Under the pieces are notes generated by a model, which saw only the letters and a program-made list of their open reading frames with translations, made no database searches and had not been told where the DNA came from. From Octopus vulgaris (Eukaryota), in the NCBI GenBank assembly GCA_951406725.2, contig OX597823.1:27156001-27220000 (forward strand): 64,000 nucleotides of DNA, in the 5' to 3' direction. Both the position numbers and the translations under genes were made by a program. Shown one piece after another: positions 42,752 to 56,964 of the stretch (position 1 is its first letter; each line of letters starts with the position of its first letter).

Positions 42752-44845
42752 GTTAGAATTGAAGACTCATATTCCTACAATCCAACAAGTTCATATAATT
42801 AATCTCCAAGTTTGCGCATATGATTGCGGCCTTTTTGTCCTGGAGTATGCATCTGAACTGGTCATTGAAACGCTCCAGATACGTTTTTATGTGATCAATC
42901 AAAAATGCGAGCACGCTTAAGATTTTACCACGAAAACAATAAATTTGTTCCTTTCCCGAATGTAAAGGTTTTTCAAATGTCTACAAAAACCACAGAAGTC
43001 GCTCACTTTCTATCACCCACCCAAAAATAGATTACCCCTAGAAAGACGATTAAGAACTATAATTTCTTACATGAACATTCAGAATATATATTATCACCCA
43101 AGTGTTTCCATGTTTTAAGTGAATATTTCGAGCAAAGCTCAAAAAGTAGTCAGGAATCCAATGACAGTAAGACTCAGTAAACCACTTGCCCGCAAAAATC
43201 TTCACACCAGAGAATAAGTGGGTCATAAATTTATCTAACCTAAAACTTTCGCCTGACGATGTCTCAGTTTTGGACTGAGTTTCTTCCCGAGCAATAAGAA
43301 TTTTGACAAGAATAAAGTAGCTTAAGGGCTATTTCAATTTGTACACCGTCAAAAGCTGAATGAATATATATATATTTGAAAAACTGAAAATATAAATGAC
43401 GATGATCGAATCTGGCATAATTGGATTGAAAATAATCTCAATTGGTATCCAGATAAAGTTCGGAATGGACGTTCACAAGCACTACTGGAATTTCTTGAAT
43501 CTTGTCAGGCAGGCATTATAGAAAGCTTTAAAACAAATGGAAAGAAATACTGGAATAACCTCACGAATTCCCAACGTTACGCGATCCGACGTCTAGCTAA
43601 TAATAATTCTATTGTTATTAAAATGGCGGTTAAGGGAGGCGCTATCGTAGCTATGGACAAAAGTGAGTATATTTTGACTTGTGAAGAACTTTTAAATGAC
43701 AAAACTTCATATGAAGAATTACCTGTCAATCCAAACAGGTATATCAGCCGAAACGTTGTGTTAACAGCAAACAAGATGAGGACAAATATCCGTCAAATGT
43801 AAATAATGTAAATAATGTGTGGTTACTGTGAATCACGATTAAAGTAAATAGCAAATGAAATAGCTAAGATTTGAAAAGATAGTCAAACCTTCACGCATAA
43901 TTTTAACAAACACAATACAATAAATGCCAGAATTCCTTTAGTGATTAACTGGCACCGAAATTTCGCTGGCATTTCAAAAGTGTTGCAGAAAAGTTACCAG
44001 CATGTGGCGAACAAATATCCTCGTTTCAAACAGATATTTCCCCAGCCGCCTATTGTAGCTTTTAGGCGGAATAAGAATATGAGAGAATTATTGACCTTTA
44101 TTTCTGAATATAAGAAAACGAACATTGGAGCATCTGCACGCTGTACCTTGAAAACAGCCACAGGAGAAGTAAGCCCTGTTCATTGTGCAACAACATGAGT
44201 GAAGTGAATTCCCTCAAGAATCATAACAGAAATGTTATGATTTATACAGAGGGTGGGACATGTACAGATTCTTATTTGGTGTACGTGGTAGAACGCACGA
44301 AGCACAACTTGATTTATGTTGGTTGTACAACAGAACAATTAAACAAAAGATTTAATGGGCACAGATTCGACGTCAGGCACAATAACAGTAGTTCGACAGG
44401 AGTTGCCGAACATTTCGTTTCAAACGGCTGCAATTTTGAAAAAAGACTTGAAAGTGTATATTCTCAGAAAATATTCTGAATCTGCTTCACTTTCTCTTCT
44501 TAGAAAGCATGAGGAGAAATATGTTTGCAGGTTATCAACATCACGCCCTGGAAGAATGAATAAAATGACAGGAGAATTTATACAAAACTGTTTGATCAAA
44601 TATTCTTTTTTTCCCTTTTCTGTTTTCTTTCCTCTTTTTTTTCTGTCTCTCATTTCTGTCTTTTTCTTTTCGCCTGTTATAAAATTGCAACTTAAGGACT
44701 GATAATGCCATTACATCAACGTGTGGACGCTAGTTGCTCTCGGTCATACTTTAAATTTCTATAATTTCGAAATTTTATCAGCACTTATTTTGAATTTGAC
44801 AAAGACAGACTTACTGTCGAAATATCGTTCAACCAATAAAATATC
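42752..44845 (+). mobile_element. Decayed Penelope-like retroelement: Ulp1-like protease remnant, N-terminal domain, RT core deleted, linker, Zn-knuckle/GIY-YIG, hammerhead-like 3' end
   Basis: VINLSNLKLSPDDVSVL/GLSFFP (43222); NLTNSQRYAIRRLANNNSIVIKMAVKGGAIVAMDKSEY (ADKG region); IPLVINWH...FPQPPIVAFRRNKNMRELL; CTDSYLVYVVERTKHNLIYVGCTTEQLNKRFNGHRFD...VAEHF; EEKYVCRLSTSRPGRMN; AATAAA at 44835. Confidence 0.88.
44790..44832 (+). ncRNA. Degenerate hammerhead at the PLE 3' end
   Basis: TTGAAT-ttgacaa-a-GACAG actta CTGTC-GAAA-TATC-GTTCAA. Stems are intact; the CUGANGA core is mutated. Confidence 0.5.
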
Positions 44846-44917
44846 TTAGAATCGAATCGCGCTCTTCATCTTGACTATTTATCTTTGTGAAGAGTTACGT
44901 AAATCCTTTTCAAAATA

Positions 44918-45051
<134 letters not shown>

Positions 45052-45641
45052 ACTGAGTTGATATCAAAATGCATTCTCGAAGTCTTCATTGGTCGAAGCT
45101 TTTGATCGTTTTCTATTTTTATTTGACAGATTTTCAATGGCTGACAAGAGAAAAGTGTGTCGTCGTAGCATTTCTTAACAACGACATTCGAACGGCTGGC
45201 CTTGAAGAATTTATGAAATCAGAAAGAAAAATATCACGCACATTCCAGAAATGGTCTGGTCAAGTATAAGCCTCAACATTTATTATTTTTAATGTGACTG
45301 GAGCCTTGTTTTGTTTTAGTTTTAATTCTTTTACTGTTATTATATACAGCCACTAGATTTACAATATAACACAAAGGATAAGAATATCTCTGTAAGAACA
45401 ATAACAAAAAAAAAAACATTCCATAAACTGCAGTAAACAATAATAATAGTAGAGTTACACATAAAACAACAACAACAACAATAATAAAAGCACTATAAAA
45501 GCGATTAAGAATTAATCAGCAGCTGTCTGAAGCAATCGTAATGGTACTGATGACGAGAAGGATAAAAAATATAATGAGTATTTCCTTCCGATAACTCTGG
45601 GAGTAACAGTGCTAGCGATAACAGCAGAAACAGCAACAATC

Positions 45642-45738
<97 letters not shown>

Positions 45739-45862
45739 CAGCAGCAGCTGCAGCCACAATAATTACTGTGATGGTGGTGTTGATGATAGCCAGGATGGAG
45801 CTTTCGATTCACTAATTACCAACAACGACAACTACAATAACAACATCAACAACAAGAACAGC

Positions 45863-45893
<31 letters not shown>

Positions 45894-45928
45894 GCAACAA
45901 CAAAACAACAACAATAATAATAATAATA

Positions 45929-45959
<31 letters not shown>

Positions 45960-46384
45960 TTAATAATAGTAATAATTAATGATAATATGTTTGTTTGAAC
46001 TGAGAACAAGTTTCTTATAATTGATTGTTGAGAACGATATATCAATGGTAAAATTCTCTTCACTTCGAGTCTAATTCATATTGTAGAAATTCTTCTGCTC
46101 TTTTCTATCAACTCTATACAAACTACTTTGAGGTTATAGTCAGAGTAACGTGTAAAAGCCGTCTAATATAGGTTCTGTCCTTCTTTATCAACCCTTCTAT
46201 ATAGATTTGACATTTTAACTCTAAATAATTTTTAAAAATCACTCTAAAACATTCTCTAAATCTCTCACTTTCTCTGTCTCTGTCTCTCTCTTTCTTTCAG
46301 TCGATCTCTTAACTAATTCAAATCACTCGCACATCCCTCTATAAATCATACAATTTATTCTTCTCACTTTCCTCTCTAATTCTG

Positions 46385-46509
<125 letters not shown>

Positions 46510-46576
46510 TTATCTATATATCTATCTATTTATCTATTTGTCTATCCATCTATCTTTCTATTTATTATTTACAAAC

Positions 46577-46627
<51 letters not shown>

Positions 46628-46697
46628 ATATTAGGGAGTAAATCCAAACTTACAGGGAAAAATTGATTTGCCTAATAGCGGTTTTATCTCTAATTTA

Positions 46698-46763
<66 letters not shown>

Positions 46764-47304
46764 CATGCATACAAACATCTAAATATACAGACAGGCAGAC
46801 ACACATACACACATGCTGACGTACTCATTATAGCAATCGCGCATCTTACTCTTAATCAAACCAGTTTCGTCTCGAAATTGGATTTATCGCAACTGCTGTC
46901 ACCACTTCCCAATTTGTAGAAAAATAATCCGTGTAACGATATTTAAAATTTAAAAAAACTCGGTAAAACAGCTTCATAGCACCAAACCACTACTACCTGC
47001 CCCCGCCCCACCACCACCACCACCACCACCACCACCACCACCACCAGTAAAAACAACAACAACTGGAAGAAGGACATCGATAATAATAATAACAACAACA
47101 ACAACAATACGGCAATAGTAATAAGAACAACAACAACTACAACAGCAACAAGAGAAATAATCGCAACAATAACAAATACATTGAAACAAGCAAATCAATA
47201 TAGCACACCATTGGTTAAGATTTTTGAAGCTAAAGATTGGTTGATGCTCTGACAATTTGAGTTCCATACGTTTTTCTTCGTCTAACAACAACAACAACAA
47301 CAAT

Positions 47305-47650
<346 letters not shown>

Positions 47651-47689
47651 AATAATAATAATAATAACAATAACAACAACAACAATAAC

Positions 47690-47762
<73 letters not shown>

Positions 47763-47885
47763 GGCATATTTATATTTGTTTCTTTGTATTGAATACAGCT
47801 ACGTCATAACTCATTTTTCTTCTTTTTCTTTCACTCTTTCATTCCATTTAAAATTTTTTAATATTTATATTTTTAGAAATAATTA

Positions 47886-47946
<61 letters not shown>

Positions 47947-48309
47947 GTTGCTGCTACTGCTGATGCTTTCACAATCCCTTTTATAAGCAGTATAAATTTA
48001 AATTTAAGCTCATTTCTACAATACACACACACACATACATACATATATATATACATACACACGCACACACATATATATATATACATGTACATGCGCGCAC
48101 ACACATATATATATATTAGTATATGAATATATATGTAGGCGTACACATATATATGTACGCAATATAATATATATTTCAAGTTATTGAATGGTGTTTCAAT
48201 ATAACCAGAACCACAATCTAAACAAACGCTAAAACCAAAGTAATTAACACCAGACACACAAACTGCGATATACATATATAATACATACATACATACATAC
48301 ATACATACA

Positions 48310-48340
<31 letters not shown>

Positions 48341-48406
48341 CAAAAGAACTAGAGAAAATAAAGTAATATAAATAGAATAAACGTATAAAGAGAAACTTTG
48401 GACAAA

Positions 48407-48855
48407 ATGGTGCATTCTTTTCTTTACAACGATTCTAGCGAAGACGTTGGTTTAAAATTCAAGGATTATATTTATGTGGATGGTACTGAAGATATGGACA
48501 GAATATATTACCCAGGAAAAATCGAAAATCTACGCAAACCTTGGATACAAGAACCACATTTTATTCTTACGGTCATTGTGTACAGCATCTGTTTTATAGT
48601 TGGTCTCATTGGAAACGGTTTGGTAGTTTTTGCTATGTGCGCTGATAAGAAGAATCGAAGTGTGACTACTTCGTTTCTGGTTAGTCTTGCTTTGGCAGAT
48701 TTACTCTTCTTGATGGTCTGTGTGCCGTACGAAGTGACCAAAAGTTCAATAGCGCATTGGTCCACTGGAATTTTTTTGTGTAAATTCACTGGATTCATTG
48801 AAATGTTAACAGCCGTTGGATCGATTTTCAACCTTACAGCGGTCAGCATCGAAAG
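48407..48855 (+). CDS. First coding exon of a class A (rhodopsin-like) neuropeptide-type GPCR, TM1-TM3 (galanin/allatostatin-A/QRFP/trissin-receptor-like; subtype not resolvable)
   Basis: ATG at 48407; N-glycosylation site NDS; TM1 GLIGNGLV; TM2 SLALADLL...VP; ECL1 W..G..LCK; TM3 LTAVSIER. Splice donor AG|GTAAAG at 48855/48856, phase 2 in the Arg of ERY. No stops within the exon. Confidence 0.93.
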
Positions 48856-50194
48856 GTAAAGAACGGTTTTAATTATTTTTGTATGAGTGCATTTACATAT
48901 ATGTGTACACATGAATAGATGCGTCTGTTCGTTTGAGTATGTACGTACGTACGTACGTATGTATGTATGTATGTATGTATGTATGTATGTATGTATGTAT
49001 GTATGTATGTATGTATGTATGTATGTATGTATGTATGTATGTATGTATGTATGTATGTATGTACTTACGTACGTATGTATGTAGGTATTTTTTCTGGGAG
49101 TATCAACGATAATGTTTTGAATTCATTAGATGAAGTGTGGTGATTTATATTGTCCGAACTTACAGATAATTTTTCTTTGATACAGTTGAAACATTCCCTC
49201 CAGAGACTTCTAATTTCATTCGAACCTTATTTACAAAAGATCTCGCAACATTCAGAAAGTAAATAATTTGTTTTGCACATATGGCATCAATGACTTACTT
49301 GTCTTTTCATTTCTTGCGTTAGCATTTTATCTACGATGGAAAACACGTATATGTGTGTATATGTGATGTAACGTCATTTAGAGCTTTATATTTCGAAGTC
49401 GGAGGATGGGTGGTAGCAAATAAGAATGGATATAAAAGAGCAGGAAATTAGATTAAATAAACAAAACTAGAAAACACAGACACAATAAAAAGCTGATCGA
49501 AATATAGATTAACTTAATACAATATATATAATAATAACATGGGTACATAAAATGCATATCAAAGGATATTCATAGTAAAATTAACAGGAGCAAATATGTA
49601 TATAAAACTGTATATAGCCAAGAATTATATAGAGACAAATGTATACATCAATATATTAATTGCACCGGAGCACCAAATAGTCAACAGCAAAATCACCACG
49701 GGGTCAAGGACGGGAGGTTTTGATTGAAATATTTATTGACCAGCTTAATCTGAACGGTCACTTAATATATAGTGTTGCTTTATATTTAAAAACTGATTGA
49801 GTGAGTTATTATAATTAACCCACTTACAGTGTGTCCACAAATTAGGCTTTTTGCCGATCAGCTAGTTTGGGAACATACATTTCAACTAAAGGGAGCTTCT
49901 ATAATTTTATGGTATCTTATTTGCAATATACTCTATATTTCAATTTTTATCGAATTTGCCAATCAAGGACAAAAAGCTGATTTTACTTTATGCATTCAGA
50001 AGTGTAGTTCTCTGTAGAGTATCGTTATGTTCGCATCTATACTTATATGTATATAAAGTGCACACATTCTGCGTGTACCATCGAGTAAGGCTCAATGATG
50101 TAACTTAAAGCGAATTATGAAACGGTTGTAAGCATACGGAATTAAATGTTATTTGCCTTTCACTTCTGGATTTGCATTCATTAACATGTGAATG

Positions 50195-50297
<103 letters not shown>

Positions 50298-50429
50298 GCC
50301 TGTCTGTCTACCTGTCTATCTGCCTATCTGTCTGCCTGTCTCTCTGTCTGTCTGTCTCTCTCTCTCTCTCATATATGTATGAATGTATATACACATGCAT
50401 ATATATGTATGTATATATGTATATCTTCT

Positions 50430-50805
50430 CAGCACCCACACCATCATCCACACACCTACACATGCATACACGCATACATCAAGGTCACCAGCCATCTTCC
50501 ACACGCACATAATTTTCTCTTATACAAACGCACGCGCACCTTCGTTTTGGGATCATCACTACTTTATTATCTCCCTTTATTCCTAGCTCTACTGTGTGAC
50601 CCCTCTGTCCGGCTTTCGCCAAGATAGATCGCTAGCCACTACACATGCTTATTTTCTCTTCCTGTTTCTTTCTGTGTTCCTTTCTGTGGAAGAGCATAGG
50701 CTCGAAACGTTAAAGACTTTTTTTTACTTCCCGAGCGTTAAACTAATACATCTGTTTGATTTCTACACCACCTGTTTTCGTCTGTTTTTTTTTGTGAATT
50801 CTCCC
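50430..50805 (+). mobile_element. Copy of hammerhead-like repeat family
   Basis: Reverse-complement homology to 4345-4730; core ctttctgtggaagagcataggctcgaaacgttaaag at 50680-50715. Confidence 0.65.
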
Positions 50806-50879
50806 TATATATGTATATGCATATATATGTGTATATAGACATATATACATAATACACTCATGCATATATATATGTATGC

Positions 50880-50925
<46 letters not shown>

Positions 50926-51451
50926 GCATACATATATATATGTATATACCCAACAAAGTTAATACATAATACATATTTCGTATGTATATGCGGATATCTA
51001 ACACTTTGCATGGTATTGTAATACTATTGTGACTATATTGCTAATAACGGAATTTATGTATTGTTTCTCTAGTATTAGCATTATTAATAATAATATGAAT
51101 GATGACATTGGTAGCATTAGTGGTAACGACAATGGTAATGATGCTAACATTAATGACATTTTGGAAATTAATAAGAACTAATAGAATGTAATCTTGACTC
51201 TCTATATCTGCATTTAGGTATTAATATGTGTATGTTGTTTTACATTGTAATTATCACAACATTAAGTTGAAAAACTGTAACATTGAATGTGGAGCATATG
51301 TATGTTTATTAATTTATATTATTTATATCATTATGTATATGTATATTTATATGTATAGGAGTATGAGTATATGCACTCATATGTATATGTATATGTTTTA
51401 TTATGGGTATGTACCCACACCTATATAAGTATGTATGTAATCTAATTTGTA

Positions 51452-51583
51452 ATCTCCGAAGAGGCCTTAGGATGTTTTTGTAAATGTCTAATTTATAACT
51501 ACATGTTGACCTACCATAAATGGCTAATATAAGTTAAATGAGATGAGACATGCTTATCTACATGACCGAAACAGCTGTAATAT
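51452..51583 (+). ncRNA. Degenerate hammerhead motif with long stem II insert
   Basis: CCGAAGA-GG...CC-GAAA-CAGCTGTA; stem I is poor. Confidence 0.4.
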
Positions 51584-53989
51584 ATATTCTATATTTATAT
51601 TTATGGTATTTATATTTATTTTCTATTATACGTATTCTACTTATTGTATAACATTACTATTTTATGTACACTCCTTCATGTACACGGTTTTACCCTACAT
51701 TATTATGTTTAACCTTATAGTTTCTTATGTGGTGGTTTAATAAAGTATGTGATTGAGTATTATCTGGTAATTGATATTTGATTTCGATGTATTTCTCCAT
51801 TTTCTTATTTTGTATATACATATATATATACTCATGTGTGTTTGTGTGTATGTGTGTACGTGTGTGTATATGTATATGTATATACAGGTAAGCCTCACTT
51901 GCCGCGATTCATTCATTCTTCTAATGAGTTTCGGTAATCGGATTAAAATAATTTTTACTGCATATGATGTAATGCGAATCATTCAACTCTCCTTTTTTCA
52001 AACTCACCCTTTAAAATATATTTCTCCTTGACTACCTACTGAAAGCAAAAGTAATGAATTTTAAATTCCATCAAAAGATAAATTTATTTTTTTAACATTT
52101 AATACTTTTTCTAGAAAAGGAGTCAAGATGTTCGCTCTTCTGCTCTCTCTTCTCTTTCAATCCTCTTCTGTAGCAGCTTATTGAGATGTCAATTTTTTGG
52201 TAAACTATCATGCTTCCTTCATGTTTTGCATCTATATGCATAAGTTACTTCTTTAATTCGTCAGTACTGCTTAAGTCTTCAATCCATATGAATTATATGC
52301 AATCCATATCAACAATCCCACTCCTATTTCGAGTTGATTGCATTACTATTGATATAAAGTTATCTGTAGTGCTTTCAGTAAATCTTCTGCTTGTTATAAA
52401 ATTATCCGTACGATTGCCATTAAATAAACGATCTCTGAAACCATCCAGAGACGTTATCATGACTTTTAATTACTTCCCATAAAGCTTCCTCTTTATTCTA
52501 ATGCAGTCATCTCACTTTTGACTTTTCTTTTACTTGTTTCTTATGAGAATAATATTCTCAAGAAGAGAAAGTAAGCGATAAGACGACGAGAAAACTGAAA
52601 CAACATGTCTTTATCGACTGTGTCTTAGAGTTCCACGTAAACAAGCATAAGACTATCGTGATTATTTAGCGGGGAACAATGCTTTATAAGTATTTATGGA
52701 CGGTATAATAATTATACTTTAGTAAATCATCAAATACAAGTTTAAAGCTTATTCGACAGATCATTGTTACTATTCAAAATAACGGGAATCTGTAGGATGG
52801 AAAATGATTGCCCACAACAGAAACATTAAAAGTATGTCAGTCTATGAGTCCTTAAGCAGGTACAATCGCATCATTTCCCTTATTTTTGCGATGAACTTGC
52901 TTTCATCACCTTTTAGAAAATGCTTTAGGAAATACGAGATACTGAGTAAGCGACCAATGATACTATCTCTTTGCAAAGAAGTATGCACATTTTAAAAAGT
53001 CACCAGAAGTTTTAAATATGGTGTGACAAAATCCGACGAAAAGAAGGTTTATTTCACAATTTATAAAACGTGATTGTGTGAAAGCTGCGTTAAGAACAAG
53101 AAACAACAGAAGTGAGGAAGATGACTATCAAAGTATTATTTTAATTTTAGCTGGTTGATTGGCTAATAAGAAATGCAGTAATTGTTGGCAATTCGAGTGG
53201 GCAGTTTAAGCAATAGAGCTGTAAAGCGAAGACTCTTTGATTAAGGGCGTAAAGTAAAAACTACTAAGAATAGAAAAAGCGTATCTGAATATTCTTCAGA
53301 GAAGAAAACGTCTTTTATTGGCAAGAAAACACAAGGAATGGACAGCAAAAGCTTAGGAAAATGAGTATGGTGTGGTTGGACTGATATTTTACTTTGCAGA
53401 AACAATGGATTAAAATATGTGAGATAAAGGCCAAATGAAGATATGTTGAGTATATTACAGCTATAATGAAGCATCTTATGAGTGCAATGCAGTACGTTGT
53501 ATGCAGGGATGTTGGCCGCATTGAAACTATAAATAAAAAAATTGAATTGCTAATAAATTACTGAGAACGAAAGGAAATTATTTTCTTAAATCAATGACAT
53601 ATTTTCGCATGAATGAAATGAAGCAAGACGGTTCGCCATTACATTAAACAAAATCTAACATCAAATAGTCGAAAGACCACAAAATAAACATTCTTCAATT
53701 TTTCTAGAAACAACCTTGAATTTAATCCAAAAGAAAGTTTACAGTCAGGGCTCAAGAGACTGCTATCAATTGTCAATCAATCAACAAAACACATTTAACT
53801 GAAGCAATTATCAGTGCCTGGTTTAGAACAATAAAAGACTTTTATCATTTCTCTGCTAAGAATATTTGATACAGTAATAAAAACAAGATTATCTTACTTA
53901 AATATTAATATAAAATTTCATATTGCAAAATAAATAAAGCTAAAATGTCTTATTTAGTGTTTCATGCACCTCTGGTATAGAAGATATGC

Positions 53990-54088
<99 letters not shown>

Positions 54089-54119
54089 GACAGACAGACA
54101 GACAGAGACAGAGACAGAG

Positions 54120-55382
54120 AGAGATCAAAAAGTTCCCGGACCAGCTCTGTAGCGCGCCAACAGATGGCAGCACACGGCTGCATGTGCAGTGAGAGCTAGC
54201 AGTAACCTTCATGAAGCAGTGTGCAGAGTGACATTCCTATGTTTACTTCTCAAGTTGCGAAAATTGTGTTTATGTGAACACGTGTATGCTGCAGTCTGCA
54301 ATTTTGTCATGGACAGGAACAAAGAGCCAAAGTGAAATTTTGCGCTAAACTTTGGAAGTCTTCTAGAGAGACCTTGAGTATGACTCAGCAAGCTTACGGC
54401 TATGAGACGATGGCCCGTACGCAATTTTTCGAGTGCCACGGGATCCCCAAAAACAGAAGAACCTCACTGCAGACCAAGAGTGATGAGGAAGACTTGCTAC
54501 AAGCTTCATTGCAGGAAGTGTGTTGAAATTTTATCAGCTTGTGCACGAGGTTCATCGGCGGACATTGCTGATATTGTTGGTCTGTCTTTTGGATCTGTGC
54601 AGGCAACCCTAATGTCTTAATTAGACATGCGGCATGTCTCTGCCAAGTGTGTCCCCCACCTGCTGACCAAGTAGCTGAAAGAACATCTCATCTCTCAAGA
54701 TCCCTGTCTGAGTGCCGCTGATGACTCGTCCTTCATGTCGAGGATTATCATCGGTGGCGAGAGCTGGATCTACGAGTATGACCCTGAGAGGAAGGAGCAG
54801 TCATCACAGTGGAAAAGCTCTTCATCTCCACAACCGAAGGCATGACAGTGCTGCAACTCAATAAAGAGCATGCTCATAGTTGTTTTCGACATACGCGGTA
54901 TTGTGCATCGAGAGTTCGCCCCCTCATGTCCAGACCAACAATCGAGACTCCTACTGCGACGTTTTGAAACGCTTGAGGGAGGACATTCAGCGAAAGCAAA
55001 CGGATCTGTGGAGTGCGAAGAATCGGTTTCTTCACTGCGACAATGCACTCTGTCACCGAGCTCTCCTCATTCATGAGTTTAACGCCAAAAAGAATATAGT
55101 ATCGCTTCCAGACCCGATCTATTCATCCGATTTAGCACCTGCGGACATCCGTCTTTTTCCCAATACAGCTCAACGCCCGACGTTTTAACACCGTTGTCGA
55201 GTCCAGGCCGTATCGTAGGAGGTCCTCAACTCGCTTGCAGAAAACGCTTTCCAGGCTGGATTCCAAAAGTAGCAGGAACGCTAGAACGTGTGTTTTACTG
55301 CGCAAGGTGACTATTTCGAAGGAGATGACGTTAAAACTTATTATTATTATTATTTATTAAACAAAGCTATTTGACCACCTCT
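54120..55382 (+). mobile_element. Decayed mariner (DD34D) transposon
   Basis: KFCAKLWKSSRETLSMTQQAYGYETMARTQFFE; AKCVPHLLT (WVPHEL); IIIGGESWIYEYDPERKEQSSQW; LHCDNALCH; YSSDLAPADIRLFP (YSPDLAP.D). Eroded TIRs gatcaaaaag / ctatttgacc. Confidence 0.9.
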
Positions 55383-55440
55383 TAATATTTACACATACAT
55401 ACATACATACATACATACATACATACATACATACATACAT

Positions 55441-55471
<31 letters not shown>

Positions 55472-55568
55472 TATATATATGTGTGTGTGTGTGTGTGCGT
55501 GCGTGTGCGCGTGTGTGTGTGTGTACGTGTGCGTGTGTGTGTGTGTGCGTGCGTGTGTGTGTGTGTGT

Positions 55569-55628
<60 letters not shown>

Positions 55629-55691
55629 AATAAAATGAGACAACAAAGCGAAGGCTGTGTGGAATTTTCAGGACATTTATGAAGAGAAAGT

Positions 55692-55780
55692 TAGTGTTAC
55701 AGCTGTTTTGGGTATATTAGGGATATCTCTTCATCAGAGACGATGTGAAAGAGCTAAATAGAGGGAAATAGTAGAATTCA
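55692..55780 (-). ncRNA. Degenerate hammerhead of the 16652 family
   Basis: Minus strand gaattctactatttcc...gtct-CUGAUGA-...-aAAA-CAGCUGUA; flanks are homologous to 16617-16703. Confidence 0.5.
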
Positions 55781-55856
55781 ATATAAGGAAAAGAAGGAAA
55801 TAAGGAGTATATAGGGAAATAGGAGAGTGAATGTATAAATAAAAGTTAAAATATAT

Positions 55857-56245
55857 ACTCTTTTACTTGTTTCAGTCATTTGACTGCGGCCATGCTGGAG
55901 CATCACCTTCATAGTCAAGGAAATCGAATCCAGAGCTTATTCTTTGTAAGTCTAGTACTTATTCTATCGGCCGCTTTTGCCGAACCGCTAAGTTACGGGG
56001 ACGTAAAGACACGAGCATCGGTTGTCAAGCGATGTCGGGGGGACAAACACAAACACACACACATATGCATATATATATATATATATATATGACGGGTCTC
56101 TTCCAGCTTCCGTCCACCAAATCCACTCAAAAGTCTTTGGTGGGCCCAAGGCTACAGTAGAAGACACTTGCCCAAGGTGCAACGCAGTGGGACTGAACCA
56201 AGAAGCATGTGGTTCGTAAGCAAGCTACTTACCACGCAGCCACTC
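55857..56245 (-). mobile_element. SINE family A, full length
   Basis: Reverse match from head gagtggctgcgtggtaagtagcttgc to tail gtcaaatgactgaaacaagtaaaagag. Confidence 0.88.
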
Positions 56246-56763
56246 ATGTGCCTAAAGATATATATATATATATATAAATTAATGCAAATTACGATGACAG
56301 TAAACAAAGTTTCCTTCGACAATATAGCATGAACAGGGTAGATTACGCTATTTTGCAGAAAAAAAGTGTTGGCAGCCATCCATGAGACCCGAACTCACAC
56401 CCCTTTAATTACGCATCGCAATGTTCTGCCTTTAACCTAAGCTGCCCCCACAGCAAAATCTTCTGCAAATTTAAAATATATAAATCTCGCTTTATGAGAC
56501 GCTATCATACGTTAAATTCCAATTACGATGCAAGTAAACAAAGTATGCTTTAGAAGCGTTGAGATGTCTTGAAAGTTAAAGAAGTAACTTTTTTTTTTTC
56601 AAACGCAGGATAATTCTAATAATATAGCATGAATAAAATAAACTACGTTTGAGAATTAAAAATACTTCTTTATATACATACATACATACATACATACTTA
56701 CTTACTTGCTTGCACACAAACACACACACACACACAAATATATATATAAATATAAGTATATAC

Positions 56764-56810
<47 letters not shown>

Positions 56811-56868
56811 CACTTACACATACTACACACACATGCATACACAAATACGTATATATATATATATATAA

Positions 56869-56935
<67 letters not shown>

Positions 56936-56964
56936 CAACAACAGCAACAATAATAATGATAATA

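Noticed and set aside
44600-44790. SECIS element downstream of the PLE (some PLE lineages encode selenoproteins)
   Set aside because: No convincing AUGA/AA/GA kink-turn hairpin could be identified by eye.
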